DNA from: Marsupella aquatica
Lineage: Eukaryota > Plantae > Marchantiophyta
Direction of reading: 5' to 3'
Length of the DNA: 64,000 bases
Assembly (NCBI GenBank): GCA_973895155.1
Contig: OZ316898.1
Location: 5,071,079 to 5,135,078 of the forward strand
In this document: positions 51,668 through 62,881 of the stretch, one piece after another
Layout: every line of letters starts with the position of its first letter
Numbering within the stretch: position 1 is the stretch's first letter
Position numbers and translations under genes: made by a program
Notes under the pieces: model-generated
Databases searched by the model: none
Told to the model about the DNA's origin: nothing
The model's input: only the letters and a program-made list of their open reading frames with translations

Positions 51668-53915
51668 TTATAACGCGAACGGTCGCGTGACTACAAAGAG
51701 AGACACTGAAATAAAGTGTATTACCTGTACAAGACGGTCGTTCAGTGCTGGAATTCCGCTGGAAATGTTAATCATAGCAGCACGGATCCCGGTAACTAGG
51801 TTACTTGCGGACGTTGGCTTGCGGAAGTCCATGTCAAATAACGACAAGACTATCTCCCTACGGAATTTCTCAATTTGATCCACGGCAAAATTAATTTCTT
51901 TTCCTTGACACAAGCACTTGGCGTATCTCAAGATAAACACACCACAATTGTGGCCGTCACTCTGGTGAGGAATATCATTCCGATATATCCGTTCCCAACC
52001 TGAGAGATCCAAGTTGACACCAGTTCTCCAGCCAATTTCGTCGGTGTAGTACTTCCCAACAATATCTAGCACCCTAGGATTTTGTCGATTATGAACTAGA
52101 GAATCTAGGTACTCCAGCCGTTTCTCATTCGGATACACAACTACCAATGACCAATGTTCTTTCACAGCATTGTGTACTGGAAAGACCAGTTTGTCGTATT
52201 GACTGATTTTTAGCGGAAACTCCTTTGTCCAAGCTGCTCTCTCCTCGTCGAAAATGGTAGGATCCATGGAGAGAAGCTCAAAATGGTGTGTTTGGAAGAA
52301 TTTGACAAGGTCTGACTTTCCAACTCTATCGAGAATCAGTTCAAGAAAACTCAAATAAGCGTTAATTATATCATCGATGAGCAACTCGCGTGGTCTCAGA
52401 CACATCATATGTTTCCTCTTGATCGATTGTTGTAAGAACTTGATCAATAGCTCTTCCATATCCTTAGAAGGATCAAGGCATTGATCTATTCGACTAGCCA
52501 AATTTTCAAAAAACCGCAAAAAACAGAGATTTCAGTACGCCTTCAAATAACGTACTGAGGTTGTAGCCTAAGGGTTCTACCTCAGAAAACATAAACAATA
52601 ACAAATCAATAATAAAATAATGACGTCTATAATAGAAACTTTAAGCTTATAGCTTGCGAATGACCTTTGGATTGGGTGGATCCGGCCTTTTCGCAGCTGA
52701 TCTCTTGGGTGCCTCAATCGCAACAACATCCTTCAACCCTCCTCAAGACCGCAGTGATCGCTCCACCGGATCAGTTTGCGAAGGTTGGAGCGATGAGGCG
52801 GGAAGACCTTCAAATGGTTGTGGCATTTGATTGAAATATTCCACAATCTGGGAATCCGATTCCAAAATATCCAGTGCCACAATTTCTGCGCGAGTGACCT
52901 CTGCAATATATCGGGGTCGAGACCACAAACCCGGTCGCGTCAAGTTAGCTGTTAGTCTCTTAACGACTTGAGCCGAGTCTGGTGCCAAAGACAGTCCCAG
53001 GTCTTGCACTCGATTCTTGGAAAAGCGGACATTATTGATGATTGTCTCCATTCTGGATGCAGTGGCAGTCTTCTCCTCGGTAATCAAAAGACCCTTCCAA
53101 TATTGCAAAGCAAGGACTGCCTGGACTCGGAGCTGCTCCGGTGAATATTTATTCCAATCATCCAACGAGACCGTACTTAAGGGTGGATCGTTAAATTCAA
53201 ACTCCAGGCGAAGAAAATAGTCTAATATTTTCTTCTTAACTGCAACTGAGGGTGAAGAAGGCTTCTTCAAATTCAGCCTTATTTTTGGTAGCCGTTGTGC
53301 CTCAGGAATAAGCGAAAGATCCTTGGCCCTCTCGGCCTCCTCCCTCGCTGCCTCCAGTCTTGCGGCTTCTTCTCTCTCCAGTCTTGCAGAATCGACCTTT
53401 TCTGCCTCCAACTTCTCCGCCTCCACCCTCTCCGGTCTTGCGGTCTCGTCCGCCATCCTCTCGGCCAGCAGCCTCTCAGCCGCCACACTCTCCACCTTGG
53501 CCCTATTTGCCTCTATCACTAAAAGGACTCTTGCAGCCTCCGCTTTCTCAGCCTAGGCTTTCTCAGCCTCCGCGTTCTCAGCCTCCGCTTTCTCGGCCTC
53601 CGCTTTCTCGGCCTCGGCTTTCTCAGCCTCGGCTTTCTCAGCCTCGGCTTTCTCGGCCTCCGCTTTCTCAGCCTGGGCTTTCTCAGCCTGGGCTTTCTCG
53701 GCCTCCGCTTTCTCAGCTTGGGCTTTCTCAGCCTCCGCTTTCTCCGCCTCCACTTTCTCAGCCTCCGCTTTCTCCGCCTCCGCTTTCTCAGCCTCCGCTT
53801 TCTCAGCCTGGGCTTTCTCAGCCTGGGCATTCTCCTTCTTCTTCACGGCAGTTGCTTTTCTAGCTGCTGCCTTTTTCTTCTTAGCCTCCTTCTTTTGAAG
53901 CTCCTCTTGCCGGGC
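51668..53915 (-). pseudogene. Ulp1-family (C48) SUMO/NEDD8 protease gene with an N-terminal EKAEA coiled-coil repeat; disrupted and 5'-interrupted
   Basis: Protease domain 51668-52519 has LRPRELLIDDIINAYL, FPVHNAVKEHWSLVV, EYLDSL and IPHQSDGHNCGVFIL (His-Asp-Cys plus Gln). Upstream segments 52743-53915 contain a stop and frameshifts. Confidence 0.85.
53530..53830 (-). repeat. 15-bp coding tandem repeat (gctgagaaagcggag; AEKAE/AEKAQ), about 19 copies
   Basis: Seen directly in the sequence. It explains the Arg-rich and Pro/Ser-rich shadow ORFs. Confidence 0.95.
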
Positions 53916-55903
53916 TGTAAACGGTAACATTACACCGGTTAAATTATAGTCCTTTAGTCTTAGAAGCGTCAGCCAGAAGTTAATCCAGGGTATTTAGGGA
54001 GCAGCACGCAAGGACCGGTAGCAGTTCATTGCATCCTGTTAGAATGGCGGAAAGGCTAGAATTAGGAGAGGCAAAGATCATCGCGATTAGTGGCCGGATA
54101 GGAGTAGAGTTCTGTTATGAAGGTTGCGATGGCTTTCTAGCAGATGGCAAGGTCTGTGCCTTAGGCACAAGGGCTCGACAGAAAAGACAAGAGGGGACCG
54201 ACATGGGAACCCCTATTAGCCGAAATTGAGTAGGGCATAGGTGTAAACCGCTAGGCGAAGGAGTGCTTATGTTTATGTTCACCATTCGGGTGAAAGAAGG
54301 GAGCTGTCGTGTCTGGGATGAGGCCGGGCAACAATTGTTTGGAATGAAGGGCAAAGAGTTTCGTCAGCGATTCACGACCAGCGGGGCCATTGAGGAATTC
54401 TGCAGAAATGTCATGCAAAAGAAGTGGAATCTGGTACTAAGGCGGGATAACAACCGCGATCAATGGATTGCATGGCGATTAATCACCGCCGGTCAAGTAA
54501 TCATCGCCAACAAAGCGACTACCGCTAAGGAAGGGAACGATAACCTAAATGTCGTTTCACACTTAGCAAAATTGGCGATCAAAAGTCCGGAAGCTTCCAG
54601 TTCAGGCGCCATCAAAGAAGAGAATCAAAGGCGTCGTTGCACAGTTCAGTAACCACGGGAATCTTCTTGACATGTAAACACAATTCTTGGCTCACTCATC
54701 GTTCTTGGCAGGAGACAGTTAGAGTTTCTTGGCAGATTAGCGCAGGAGACCGCGGCTGAAGGGCGAACCGTCCAACTGAAGTCGGCGCACCCCAGAAAGT
54801 AGTTAGAAACCTCAGCAAAGACGAACGCGAGGCATAGGTATTTAGAGGCTGTGGAGCGCTAGGCGTTTTGTCACTTTTTGCTAGGAGCTTGGTTGAGAGG
54901 TAGAGCCGGACTCACCTCAAGATTACCAGCGTTTTGTATTAGTGTCCCTACTTGTTTTGAGTAGTTTTTGATTATAAAGAGATGTGTATGAATGCAATAG
55001 AGTGCAGAGGAACTTCGTTACCTTGTGCTTGAGCGGTGAGTAAGAGTCCAGAGCAACGTTGGAAGAATGTTGTGAATCAAGTCAGAAGAAGCAGTAACTT
55101 TGAAAGTCATTCGAAGAAGGAGAGGCATTCGAGATTAATACTGAGAGTCGAGGAGTGCGGTTATGGGAGTTCGCGCGAAGTACTCGTTAGGAACATGTGT
55201 TAAGTCGATTAATCGTAAATCGCTGGGATGAATGGAAATTGTCTCACTACGAGTGAGAACCTTACGGTTTAGCACGTTAAGGTAGCGATTTAACAGACAG
55301 CTCGTGGGAAGCAAGGTCTGGTTGGAGATTGTGTGTATCCAGGATGTGACCTTGGTCGTCGTACACCTTCAACATACAGGGTCAACCGTTAAATTGGGGT
55401 TCCTACTACGGATACCTCTATTTAAATTGCTTGATTTAGCCAAAGACAGATCGATTGCCAGGAAGGCCGATTGAGGGACAGCAGGACCTAACCCGGTCAC
55501 TGCTACTATAACAACCATGAATGTAGACAGTAAGGTGGACAAGCCTTGCTCCTTGATTAAGTTAAGACCACTGGAATTGTGGATCTGTTCCATCGGTTCC
55601 CACCTGATTACCCGAGCGTTACGCCAGGAGAGTATTCCCATCTGTTTAATTACTTACCGCTACTGGTGTGGGTTTATCGAGATCATCTACAGGGAGGGTC
55701 TGGTGTTGACTGAAGCAGTCATGCCCAAGAGGTGGAAGGAAGAGTTAGACATTATAGAGCACTTGGTAGGATTCACTTACGGGGACTATATAGAGGAAGA
55801 GGGGAGTACCCCGCTAGAAGGTCGGTTGATTGTTTAAGCGGGAGATACTGCAAAGAAGGCAGTTAGACGTCCGTTAATCGCAATTCAAACTGGGTGTTTA
55901 ACA
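53916..55903 (+). repeat. Putative 5' LTR (~2 kb)
   Basis: Ends gtgtttaaca immediately before the PBS. Begins tgtaaac where the Ulp1 gene frame breaks off. TATA-like tataaa at ~54974. The second LTR is not in the window. Confidence 0.55.
54044..54652 (+). pseudogene. RPA70 C-terminal-like OB-fold/zinc-ribbon protein with one in-frame TGA at 54227
   Basis: FCYEGC..VC....*VGHRC..LMFMFTIRV..GSCRVWDEAGQQLFGMKGKEF resembles the Rep_fac-A_C pattern Y.AC..C..C..C..L...D.TG...F.E.A..LLG..A.E. The two listed ORFs are in the same frame. Confidence 0.65.
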
Positions 55904-55907
55904 TTTT

Positions 55908-55925
55908 TGGCGACCATACTGGGGA
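55908..55925 (+). other. Primer binding site, tRNA-Arg-type
   Basis: tggcgaccatactgggga follows the LTR end and a short T spacer. It resembles the TGGCGAC..CTGGGGA PBS of Tat/Ogre-type elements. Confidence 0.7.
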
Positions 55926-56012
55926 ACGCCTCGTTGAGGGTTCCGAGAGAGGAGCAACTGCTATGACCAGCAGTCCGAACCAGGAGAGAGAAGAGCAAAT
56001 CAAGAAGGGCGA

Positions 56013-56604
56013 ATGGGTGACATGAACTCACCAAAGGAATTCTGGACGTTGTTCTATTTCGAGAAAGATGCTGAAGCAGCAATCATAACGACACTGAACG
56101 AGAAAGAGCACTCGATACTGGCCAATGGGAGGAGCAATGCACGAGAAGGCGATGTTATGATAATCGCTTACACCATGCCCACACACACCGAGTTGGTACT
56201 TCGAGAAGCGCATGGCGGAACCTGGAACGTGAGGAGGCGGGCGATTCATTTGCAATCCTCTGTTCGGAGCAGTGTTTACAACAGCGACCATGCCACCAAG
56301 TGATCGGTTACCCCAAGGCTACACGCAGTACCGCCTACCCAAGAGGAAGGAGGACCTTAGAAAGATCTTAGAGTGGTGTCGTTGGAATCGAAATGAGTAC
56401 CCTATTGCGATAGCATTCCAGATAGGCAGAATCGCTAGGAAATTAAAGTCTAAACTAGAGGAAACCACAGGGGCTTGCCCAGGATGTATGATGTGGAGTC
56501 AACATGACAGTTTTGAGTTTTCTATGTTAAAACAGTTATTAACGATGTGCTTTAACGAGGAACTCATGGCTCCAGAAGCCTGCACTCCTAGTTTAAGCGA
56601 ATAG
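56013..56604 (+). CDS. Two overlapping small ORFs between the PBS and gag, unknown function
   Basis: ORFs 56013-56303 and ~56289-56604 overlap at atgccaccaagtga. Protein-like composition; the second contains CPGC. Confidence 0.35.
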
Positions 56605-56827
56605 GAGTCATTTCGCAGAGGGCATAGCCGCAGTTAAGTAAAGGAGAGAGAGAAACTGATTAATAGAGGTCATAACATCAGTCAAGTAAAGAAGATAGTA
56701 GAAGGTCTCCGTTTTTGTGAAAAGTAACGAGTAATAAGAACTTGACGCCACCCTTGTAAAGAAAAGACCTGATCGTCGAGTATATTGCTTGTAGGCAGAG
56801 AAAGGGCTTTGCTACCCCAAAAGATAA

Positions 56828-59800
56828 ATGGGCAAGATGCCCGTCAATCCCAACGAAGGGGAAATGGCAGGGGAGTTCGAACCTTTCCAAGAAAGCAGAC
56901 CCAGACTTGAGGCCGAAGAACGAATCGAGAATTCAAGGACTCAAGATAAGGTCGAAGAAAACCTGGAAGAAGCCATGGAACGACTTAAAATCCACCAAGG
57001 AGCTGGTAGTAGTTCAAGATCGGCTCCTACCAGAAGGGTTAAAATACCCATGTTCAAGGGAGCACCTGATGAAGATGCCGATACCCACTTAGCACGTTTC
57101 AAAGAAATGCTCAGAGCTAACCACGAACAGAACGACACAGCCCGATTAGAGCTGTTTCTCAGCTCGCTGGACAAGGAGGCTTTTGTATGGTACACTCAAT
57201 ACCCAGCTGACCATTTCAAAACTTGGCCTGATTTTTCAAAAGAATTCTTATTCATTACAGAAGGGCTAAGGAAGAGTCTGATTTGTATAGCATTCTGCAA
57301 AACATGACTCAGAAGAAAGGAGAACCAGTACAGAACTATATTGGACGGTTAAAGGTAACAATGAGATGATTAACAAATAAACCGTCCGATGGGCAACGAA
57401 TTAGCTGGATGAGGAAGGCTGTGAAGGGGAGTCTAGTCACAGTGGTGGAACAAAATCCCACTTCTAATGCTGATGAATACGAGAAAAGATTAATACGGCT
57501 AGAGGGCATTACTCAGATGCTTAACCAGGAAAAGAACGAGAGCAGTAAGGACGAAGAGAGGGTTAACCGGAAAATAGAAACTTCTAAGGTAGAAGTCAAG
57601 GAAAACCGAGAGCGGGGCGAGGTTAGTACTCATAAATTCTGTGAAATACATATGAGGCCTGGACACACTACTCAGGAATGCAACCAAAATCCTTTTAAAA
57701 AGAAACCTAGCCTAGGTGTAAATCAGGTAGGAACAAGCAAAAAAGATGGGGATAGGATGAGAGTAGCCAGGGATATTACAATCCTGATCGTAACGCAAAC
57801 CGAAGGCCTTATAAGGATGGTGGGGCTAAATACCCACCGATTTGCTATTTCTGTCGACTAACCGGCCACATCAGGGGCCCCGATTGTGAATTATGGATGA
57901 AGCATATGAAAGAAAAGGAAGAAATAGCGGGGAAAGCCCCAGCACCTGTGAACACTGTGCAGGTGTTGACATACGTGGTGACAAGATCTCAGGGGCAGCC
58001 AGAGGACTCAACCCCAACCAATCCCACGGAGACTGAGGGAGGATTCGATTGGAGCCAAATGGACGCAACCACACGAGAAATAGCGGATGAAATTCACCAC
58101 AAACAGCAGAACGAGACGCTGCCACGGCTTGAACGATTAATGCGTTCAGAACCTTACGCAGAGACGGATACTGAAATTCTAGAGGAGGGAGTGATGATGG
58201 GGGGATTCGATCAAGAAACGGGACAACTCCCACGAGACGAAGAACCACCGAATAACCCTGCCGAAGTGAACCAGCGAATAGTGGATAAGCTAGTGCAACT
58301 CATCGCGAAGACCAGAGTCGACATCACTGTCGAGGAACTGTTCCAGTTAGCACCATAGTGCAAGGAAGCAGTAATGAGACGGTTGGGAGGCAGAATTAGT
58401 CCTACCACACTGCCAGGGGTACCACTGTACCAAGCTGGGAAGATTCCCCTGATCGACAAAGGAGCCGTAGTACAGATCAGCGTAAGGGGCATCAAACTGA
58501 AGAACGTATTGCTGGATGGAGGGTCAGCCGTAAACCTCATGAGTGAGCAAACCTACAGACTGCTAGGCAGAGTCAAGCTCTTACCGGCCCCTTTTAATCT
58601 AGTAATGGCCGATCAAAGTAGCTGTCACCCACTGGGTTACGTGCCAGACTTACCAATGCTGATTTCAGGCATCAAGTACAATTTAGGAGTGGTAGTTTTG
58701 AGAGAAGCAGATTCTACCCAAGGACAACCCATGTTGTTAGGACGACCTTGGCTAAGACAGGCCAAAGTAAAACAACATTGGGGGGAAGAAAAGGATTATA
58801 TAAAAATAGAACATAGAGGAGAGACCTTCAAGATCAGGACCAAGGCCATCAAAGACTGTGTACCACCTATGGCCAGAGTCTGTACTTTGAACTGGGCAGA
58901 GGGGTTGAATGAGGATGAAGAAGAGACCTATTTAAAATGCCGTCCAGACTTAGTACCAATTTCAGATATGGAAATAGTCAAGCTCGACGAGATGCAAGGA
59001 ATGACCAGAGAAAAGATGGATCATGATCTACGAAACGATCTGTTTAAACACATAGACCCGCAAGGCATTCAGGAGTGCTCGTTAAAGGAGGAAGAAGCAC
59101 AGACCACCTTGCAGGATCTAGCAGAGAAAGTGGTGGGATGGAGTGCCACCGAGGAAGAGCACATTCAGAAGGTTGATTTGAGTGACACCGAACGACCGCG
59201 AGAAGTAAAGATAGGAAAACACCTTTCCCCCGACCTCAAAGAGGAACTTGTTACACTACTCGCCGAATTCCGAGATGTTTTTGCCTGGGATTACACGGAG
59301 TTGAAGGGAGTACCAGAGTCAATTGGCGTACATCGAATCCGACTCGTACCAGGGTCAGTACCGGTGCAAACGCAACGATATAGGATGAACCCCAACTATG
59401 CGGAAAAGGTCAAAGAAGAAATCCAAAGGCTCCTTGATGCCAAATTCATTGAACCCGTTAAGCGTTATACATGGCTATCTCTGATAGTCGTAGTACCTAA
59501 GAAAAATGGGAAGTTGAGAGTCTGCATTGATTTCAGAAAATTAAACGCAGCTACCATAAAAGACCCTTTTCCAGTACCATTTCTAGAAGCAGTTCTGGAT
59601 GTGGTAGCAGGAAAATCAGCTTATTCATTTCTAGATGGGTACAGCGGGTACAGTCAGGTCCGGTTAGCAACAGAAGCGAGGGAGCTAACCACTTTCATTA
59701 CGGAATGGGGCGCTTTCCAGTGTCTCGTATTACCCTTTGGATTATGCAATGGGCCTAGTACATTTCAGCGATTAATGATGATGTTATTTCATGAGTATTT

Positions 59801-62759
59801 GAATCAGTTTATGCAAATCTTCCTGGATGACTTCACCATATACGGAGAGGAAGAGTAACACATAGGCCACCTCAGATTATGTCTCTTAAGATGTAGGGAA
59901 GGGGGAGTCAACCTGAACCCTGATAAGTGCACCTTCTTTGTACCATCGGGCAAGATATTAGGACACATAGTTTGTAAACAAGGCTTGTTAGTAGACCCAG
60001 ATAAGATAAAAATCATTAAAGAGATGCCAGTCCCCAATAGTGCAACCCAAGTCAGAAGGTTCCTGGGAAGTGGAGGTTTCTATCGTCGTTACATCAAGAG
60101 TTACTCCCAAATCAGTGCCCCGTTGGCACGATTAACGGGTAACCATCAAACGTTCACTTGGGACGATGACTGTCAAAAAGCGTTTGAAGAAATCAAGGAC
60201 CGGTTGTGCCATGCACCCATACTCAAGGAACCAGATTGGAAGAAGGAGTTCCATCTACATACAGATGCCTCTCTGGTGGCGGTGGGAGCGGTGTTGGCAC
60301 AGAAGGGAGAACAAGGTATCGATTTACCAGTATACTATGCCAATAGACTGTTAAACGTGCATGAAAGGAATTACACTACGACCGAGAGAGAAGCGTTAGC
60401 CATGATATTTTCCGTAAAGAAATTCAGGCATTATTTACTCGGTAATCGCTTTGTGTTTTATGTAGACCACAATGCCTTAGTCAATTTGGTAAACAAACCG
60501 CAGTTGTCAGGCAGAATAGCAAGGTGGATTTTACTGCTAGCAGAATTCAATTACACCATCATTTATAAACCAGGGAAGACCCATGTTATACCCGATTATC
60601 TTAGTAGATTAGAGTCAGGAGAGACCTGTAAGGAAGGGGATGATCAATTGCCTGATATGGAGTTATTCCAAGGTGATCAAGAGACATACCATGTAAAACT
60701 GGTCACCTTAGATGATGAACCGGCGTTAGAAAGGTATTTACGCACAGCAGAATACCCCGATGGGTTATCCAATAAAGAGAGGAAAATCTATGCATACAAG
60801 GCGAGGCCCTATACTTTAATCAACCACGTGCTTTATTACAAAGGGCCGGATGATATACTACAAAGGGTCATCCCAGAAGAGGAGAAGCAGGAAGCCTTGA
60901 TCGCGGCACATGAGGGGCTAGGCGGAGGACATTTCGGCACCGAAATCACCATTAGGAAGATTCTGCAGCAAGGACGCTGGTGGGCAACGATCCATAAGGA
61001 CACTCGGGAGTTTGTGAAGACTTGTGATTTGTGTCAGCGAACGGGCCCAATAAAAGAAAACATGGAATTCCGGCCCATAATAGCGCCGTACATCTTCCAG
61101 AAATGGGGATTGGACTTCATCGGGCCCATTACCCCACCTTCCAGGTATAGCCAGAATCAGTATATTTTGGCAGCAACGGAGTACACGACGAAATGGGTAG
61201 AGGCAGTCGCAACTCGCGACAACACCGGGTGAGTAACGGCTAAGTTCATATATCAAAACATCATTACGAGGTACAGATTACCGGGGGAATTGGTAAGCGA
61301 TCAGGGGTCGCACTTCATGAACAAGGTCATCCAGGAGCTAACCGACAACTATCATATAAGTCACCGGTTCTCAACGCCCTACTACCCAGAGTGTAACGGA
61401 CAAGCAGAATCGACGAATAAGATTCTACTCAATGTTTTACGGAAAGTGATTAACAACCAACAGAACGATTGGGACGTTCAGCTACCCGCCGCAGTATGGG
61501 CATTCCGAACGGCGTATAAGGTAACCACGGGCCACACTCCCTTTCAGTTAATGTTTGGAGTAGAAGCTCGTATGCCAGCAGATTATGAACTTCCCAGTCT
61601 GCAAATCGCCATTGGGTACGACATTAATCATAATCCATCTTTAAGCAAACGATTAAGAACATTACTGGAGGTAACCGAAACCCCAAGGAAGGCTGAAGAA
61701 TGATTAGAATACGTACAAGGACAATGCAAACGACGGATAGACGATCAACGGGATGTCACCACGTTCACTGAAGGAGAATTGGTACTTTGGTGCCGGAAAA
61801 GGGCACGCATAAAAAAAAGGAAGTTAAGACTTAAGTGGGAAGGGCCTTTCACTATACTCAAGGTATGGGGGAATGGAACCTTCGAAATTGCTAGCCAGGA
61901 CGGCAGCGAGCAGCAGCTGGTGAACGGGAACAAAATGAAGACATATCACGTTAGAAACGATGTGTACTTGCGGGAGGTAGAAAGCGCGGTTAACGACTAC
62001 CTGGACGAAGACGACGGCGGAAATGACCACGATGCAGTACCAACACGGGCCGAGGATAGCGACCGCTATCAACCGTTAACAGCTACAAGAAACCGAAATC
62101 AAGTAGGGTTAGGGGAGTACCAATCATCTCCCAGAGTCGTGGCTTGTATAAGCGTGGCTCCCTACCCCGCAGCGGCAAAGACCACAGAAGGGGAAGAACT
62201 ACCGACGCACACAGGACCGTCCTTGGCTCGCCCGGCCAGGCCAAGTACCACCTCTAACCACTATCGACAGCAGCGAAGGGACCGAACAAACAAACAAGTA
62301 CGGACAGCAGCGATTAAGGGATGTACGCTAGCAGATTACGTGAATGAAGTAGTCCCATCAAGCGGACCGTTTAGTTCAGCGAAGACAAGCCAAATCAAAT
62401 CAATTGTACTAGCAGCAGAAGATCTATTGGAAATATTTCAAGTTCATGATTGGAAATACAAACTAACGAAAGGACAGGAAGAAGAGCGGGAACGATTTCC
62501 GTATAGGGTAGTGATCGTAGGGTGTACTCACGGAAAATCATCCACCTGGATTGTGGATCGGATACTGATAGGACCTAACTCAATACCGTGCATAGAGAAC
62601 TACGCCATGGGAAAATTACATGTGCTTCTAAAAGCTTACGAGACGGGGGAGTCCGAGAATCAAATACCCCTATCAGCGAGGGAGTTGCTAAGACGGAAAC
62701 CCTATTTGCGGTTGGCGCTGAAGCTACGAGCGACTGCAGAGTGGAGCGGCTATCAGTGA
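56828..62759 (+). pseudogene. Gypsy gag-pol polyprotein with frameshifts and in-frame stops, and a long post-integrase extension
   Basis: Gag IPMFKG..DADTHL..AFVWY; knuckles CEIHMRPGHTTQEC and CYFCRLTGHIRGPDC; protease LLDGGSAVN; RT FLDGYSGY and FLDDF; RNase H TDAS; integrase [24 protein letters not shown] and WEGPF. Stops at 58356, 59856, 61230 and 61701. Confidence 0.93.
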
Positions 62760-62881
62760 GCACTGAGGTTCGAGTGGACAAGAGTGGGGAGCAAATATTA
62801 CACATTGCCTGTAGGAATGAAGGTAGTAACCCTCAAGAGAGCAGGCAAATTTGCCGACGAGTACCCCAGGAAACGCACGAC

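Noticed and set aside
53295-53927. Arg-rich, Pro/Ser-rich and Leu/Phe-rich ORFs
   Set aside because: They are alternative-frame or antisense readings of the 15-bp EKAEA repeat.
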